A stretch of DNA of 61,171 nucleotides from positions 59,728,871 to 59,790,041 of the forward strand of contig NC_068989.1 of NCBI RefSeq assembly GCF_001194135.2, in the 5' to 3' direction. Positions 59,201 through 61,171 of this stretch are shown here, piece after piece. Each line of letters opens with the position of its first letter. Position 1 is the first letter of the stretch. Under the pieces are notes generated by a model, which saw only the letters and a program-made list of their open reading frames with translations, was not told the origin of the DNA and did no database searches. Source of the DNA: Octopus bimaculoides (taxonomy: Eukaryota). A program made the translations under genes and the position numbers.

Positions 59201-60657
59201 TTATTTATTTCTGTTAAGATATAGTACAGTCTGGTTAATGTGATACATCTTCACTAAAAATTTTCTTTTAAATTACTAATATCAGAAACATTATACATTA
59301 GTTCCAGTGTGGCAGTAAAAATAGCAAGACCATAGCCTGTTGCCATAAGACAATTTATATTAGTCTGTGTTTGTCTTTGAAGAGAAATACTGGAAATAGT
59401 TTCTACATGACAAATTAAAATCTATTTAACTTTGCTACATGTGGTTAGAATTTCTACTATGCTAATGTGTGCTTCCCATCACTTTTCACTATTTTAACTC
59501 CCCCACTTCACCCTGTTGCATACTCTCCCATAAATTCACCTTCATTCTTCCACTAGGCCTATAGATAAAAGGCTGTATTGGTCCTCCTGAACCCTTTGCC
59601 AGTCCTATGTACTGAAGACTACATTAATCCACTCTCACCTCTTCACTAGACTGGTGTGTAGGAGACGACATTGGACCATACTTGTGCCTCTATAATTCCT
59701 TTTCTCTTGTGCATCTTTACTCTTCTCAAGTACCAGCCTTTATGCTCCCCCATATCCCCTGGGCCACTTCCCTCACTATCCATCACTTTTTACCTTTGCC
59801 CATCTTTGTTGTTCTAAATAACCTTATCACTTATACTACTGCTCCTTCCATTCTTTCACCTAAGCTACCCAGGCTCTTCTGTCATTTCTCTTTCTTCTAA
59901 CCCCCTTCTTAGTCACTTAACAAATATACATGCTCTAGGTTATTGTTTATTCTCAGCAATTACTCCCCTCATCCACTTCCAGTCTCACTACTGACACCGT
60001 ACCTTGCCTATTTCCCCTCCCTGGTCTATATGTCTGAGCTCTGAATATGCCCTACATTGCTTGTGTACAAGACACTACTCTTCTTGTAGTGGTGCCAGCT
60101 AACAACTAATGTTCCTTCAAACTGGTTAGTGAGTGAGACAATCTCTTTCTGGTGCTTGTAGCACAAACCATACCCAGTATACCCTGTAAAGTGGTTGATA
60201 AACTAAGCAGAGAATGCTTAGCTGTCAGAGGTCACTTTATTCAATGTTTCTAGTTGGGGCCATAAAAATGCACTCAGTACACTCTGTAGTGTGGCTGGTG
60301 ATAGAGAAGGCATCCAACTATAGAAACCAAACCAGATGTCATGTACGAGCATCAGTCTATTGGAAGCAACAGTTCCCAAGAGGAGATGACTCAGACTGTG
60401 ATGACCTGTTGAATCCCTACCAAGATGGAAAACCAGTAAAAAAAAAATGATGATATATATGGTTTACTATGAGCCTTCTTTCATATTTACTTCCTGTTTA
60501 TATATTATGTATTCTTTATCATTTTTTTGTTTCTAGCAAAAAAAGGGAGGTTGTCCCAGATCTTGCTCCAATGCTATGGCACTCATTTGGAACTATAGCT
60601 GCTCTTCTTCAAGAAATTATCAACATTTATCCTGCAATCAATCCTCCACAATTAACT
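54662..60657 (+). CDS. CNOT9: CCR4-NOT subunit 9 (RQCD1/CAF40), 5' part; join(54662-54685, 58531-58661, 60537-60657); 3'-partial
   Basis: Translation MHTLSAQQ|[44 protein letters not shown]|[40 protein letters not shown] matches the recalled human MHSLATAA...[67 protein letters not shown]. Confidence 0.95.
55035..55091 (+). CDS. CNOT9: Candidate alternative CNOT9 N-terminal exon ([19 protein letters not shown])
   Basis: ATG at 55035, 19 codons, CAG|GTAATA phase-0 donor in frame with exon 58531; no homology support. Confidence 0.4.
55870..56050 (+). mobile_element. Short RT fragment (CR1/L2-like)
   Basis: [20 protein letters not shown] ~ GVPQGSVLGPLLFLIYINDL. Confidence 0.6.
56830..60455. 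mobile_element. Three RTE-tail repeats in CNOT9 introns (~56830-57020 -, ~58125-58340 -, ~60165-60455 +)
   Basis: ttccatgctggc-tg-gttggatgg family motif and tagagaaggcatccaactataga. Confidence 0.65.
58531..58661 (+). CDS. CNOT9: CNOT9 coding exon 2
   Basis: acttttctag acceptor, AG|GTAGGT donor; [26 protein letters not shown]. Confidence 0.96.
60537..60657 (+). CDS. CNOT9: CNOT9 coding exon 3
   Basis: tttttttgtttctag acceptor, GTAAGT donor; [27 protein letters not shown]. Confidence 0.97.
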
Positions 60658-60873
60658 GTAAGTATAATTAGATATTACGTTATTGAATCCTAACAATACT
60701 TCTATTATTAAAGCAATATTTTCATTATTATATTGGTGTCTCGCATAAAGTAAATACTATTGTCAGTAGCACACAAAATTAATGAATAACAACAAACCCA
60801 ATTTGCCTACCTATGCCACCACTTCTGACACCCACTTTCCTCAGTTATTTCCTGATTGTGTATACCATGCTGA

Positions 60874-61171
60874 GTGGAGGCGCAATGGCCCAGTGGTTAG
60901 GGCAGCGGACTCACGGTTTCAATTCCCAGACCGGGCGTTGTGAGTGTTTATTGAGCGAAAACACCTAAAAGCTCCACGAGGCTCCGGCAGGGGATGGTGG
61001 CGAACCCTGTTGTACTCTTTCACCACAACTTTCTCTCACTCTTACTTCCTGTTTCTGTTGTGCCTGTAATTCAAAGGGTCAGCCTTGTCACACTGTGTCA
61101 CACTGAATATCCCTGAGAACTACGTTAAGGGTACACGTGTCTGTGGAGTGCTCAGCCACTTGCACGTTAAT
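60874..61171 (+). mobile_element. tRNA-derived SINE, same family as 42732 (cut by window end)
   Basis: gtggaggcgcaatggcccagtggttagggcagc...gagcgaaaacacctaaa...; colinear with the 42732 copy. Confidence 0.85.

Noticed and set aside
57100-60030. Strongly purine- or pyrimidine-skewed tracts (also 23320-23620, 46300-46640)
   Set aside because: They look like old low-complexity repeat remnants; short ORFs only, no consistent structure.

Overview
AT-rich eukaryotic genomic window with (TA)n/(CA)n microsatellites, six N-gaps and dense SINE/LINE/Penelope/Helitron debris. The repeat repertoire suggests a cephalopod, probably Octopus (inference). Two head-to-head genes were reconstructed by manual splice-site and reading-frame reading. 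(1) A complete ATG9 (ATG9A-like lipid scramblase) lies on the minus strand: 20 coding exons between 40599 and 7624, all GT-AG and phase-consistent, 2544 nt = 847 aa + stop. (2) The first three coding exons of CNOT9/RQCD1 (CCR4-NOT subunit 9) lie on the plus strand (54662-60657); the gene continues beyond the window. A CpG-enriched segment at ~53.7-55.1 kb between them looks like a shared bidirectional promoter. The most notable extras are: a near-intact type I hammerhead ribozyme (1569-1704) and three decayed Penelope-associated hammerheads; a lineage-specific-looking Ser-Pro octapeptide array in the ATG9 tail; an 8-codon CNOT9 start exon (human-like MHTLSAQQ) plus a candidate alternative N-terminal exon; a recursive-splice-type CAG|GTGAGT site and a candidate poison exon in ATG9 introns; and several long intronic fold-backs that would be dsRNA in ATG9 pre-mRNA. 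No prokaryote-type system (CRISPR, operon) is present.
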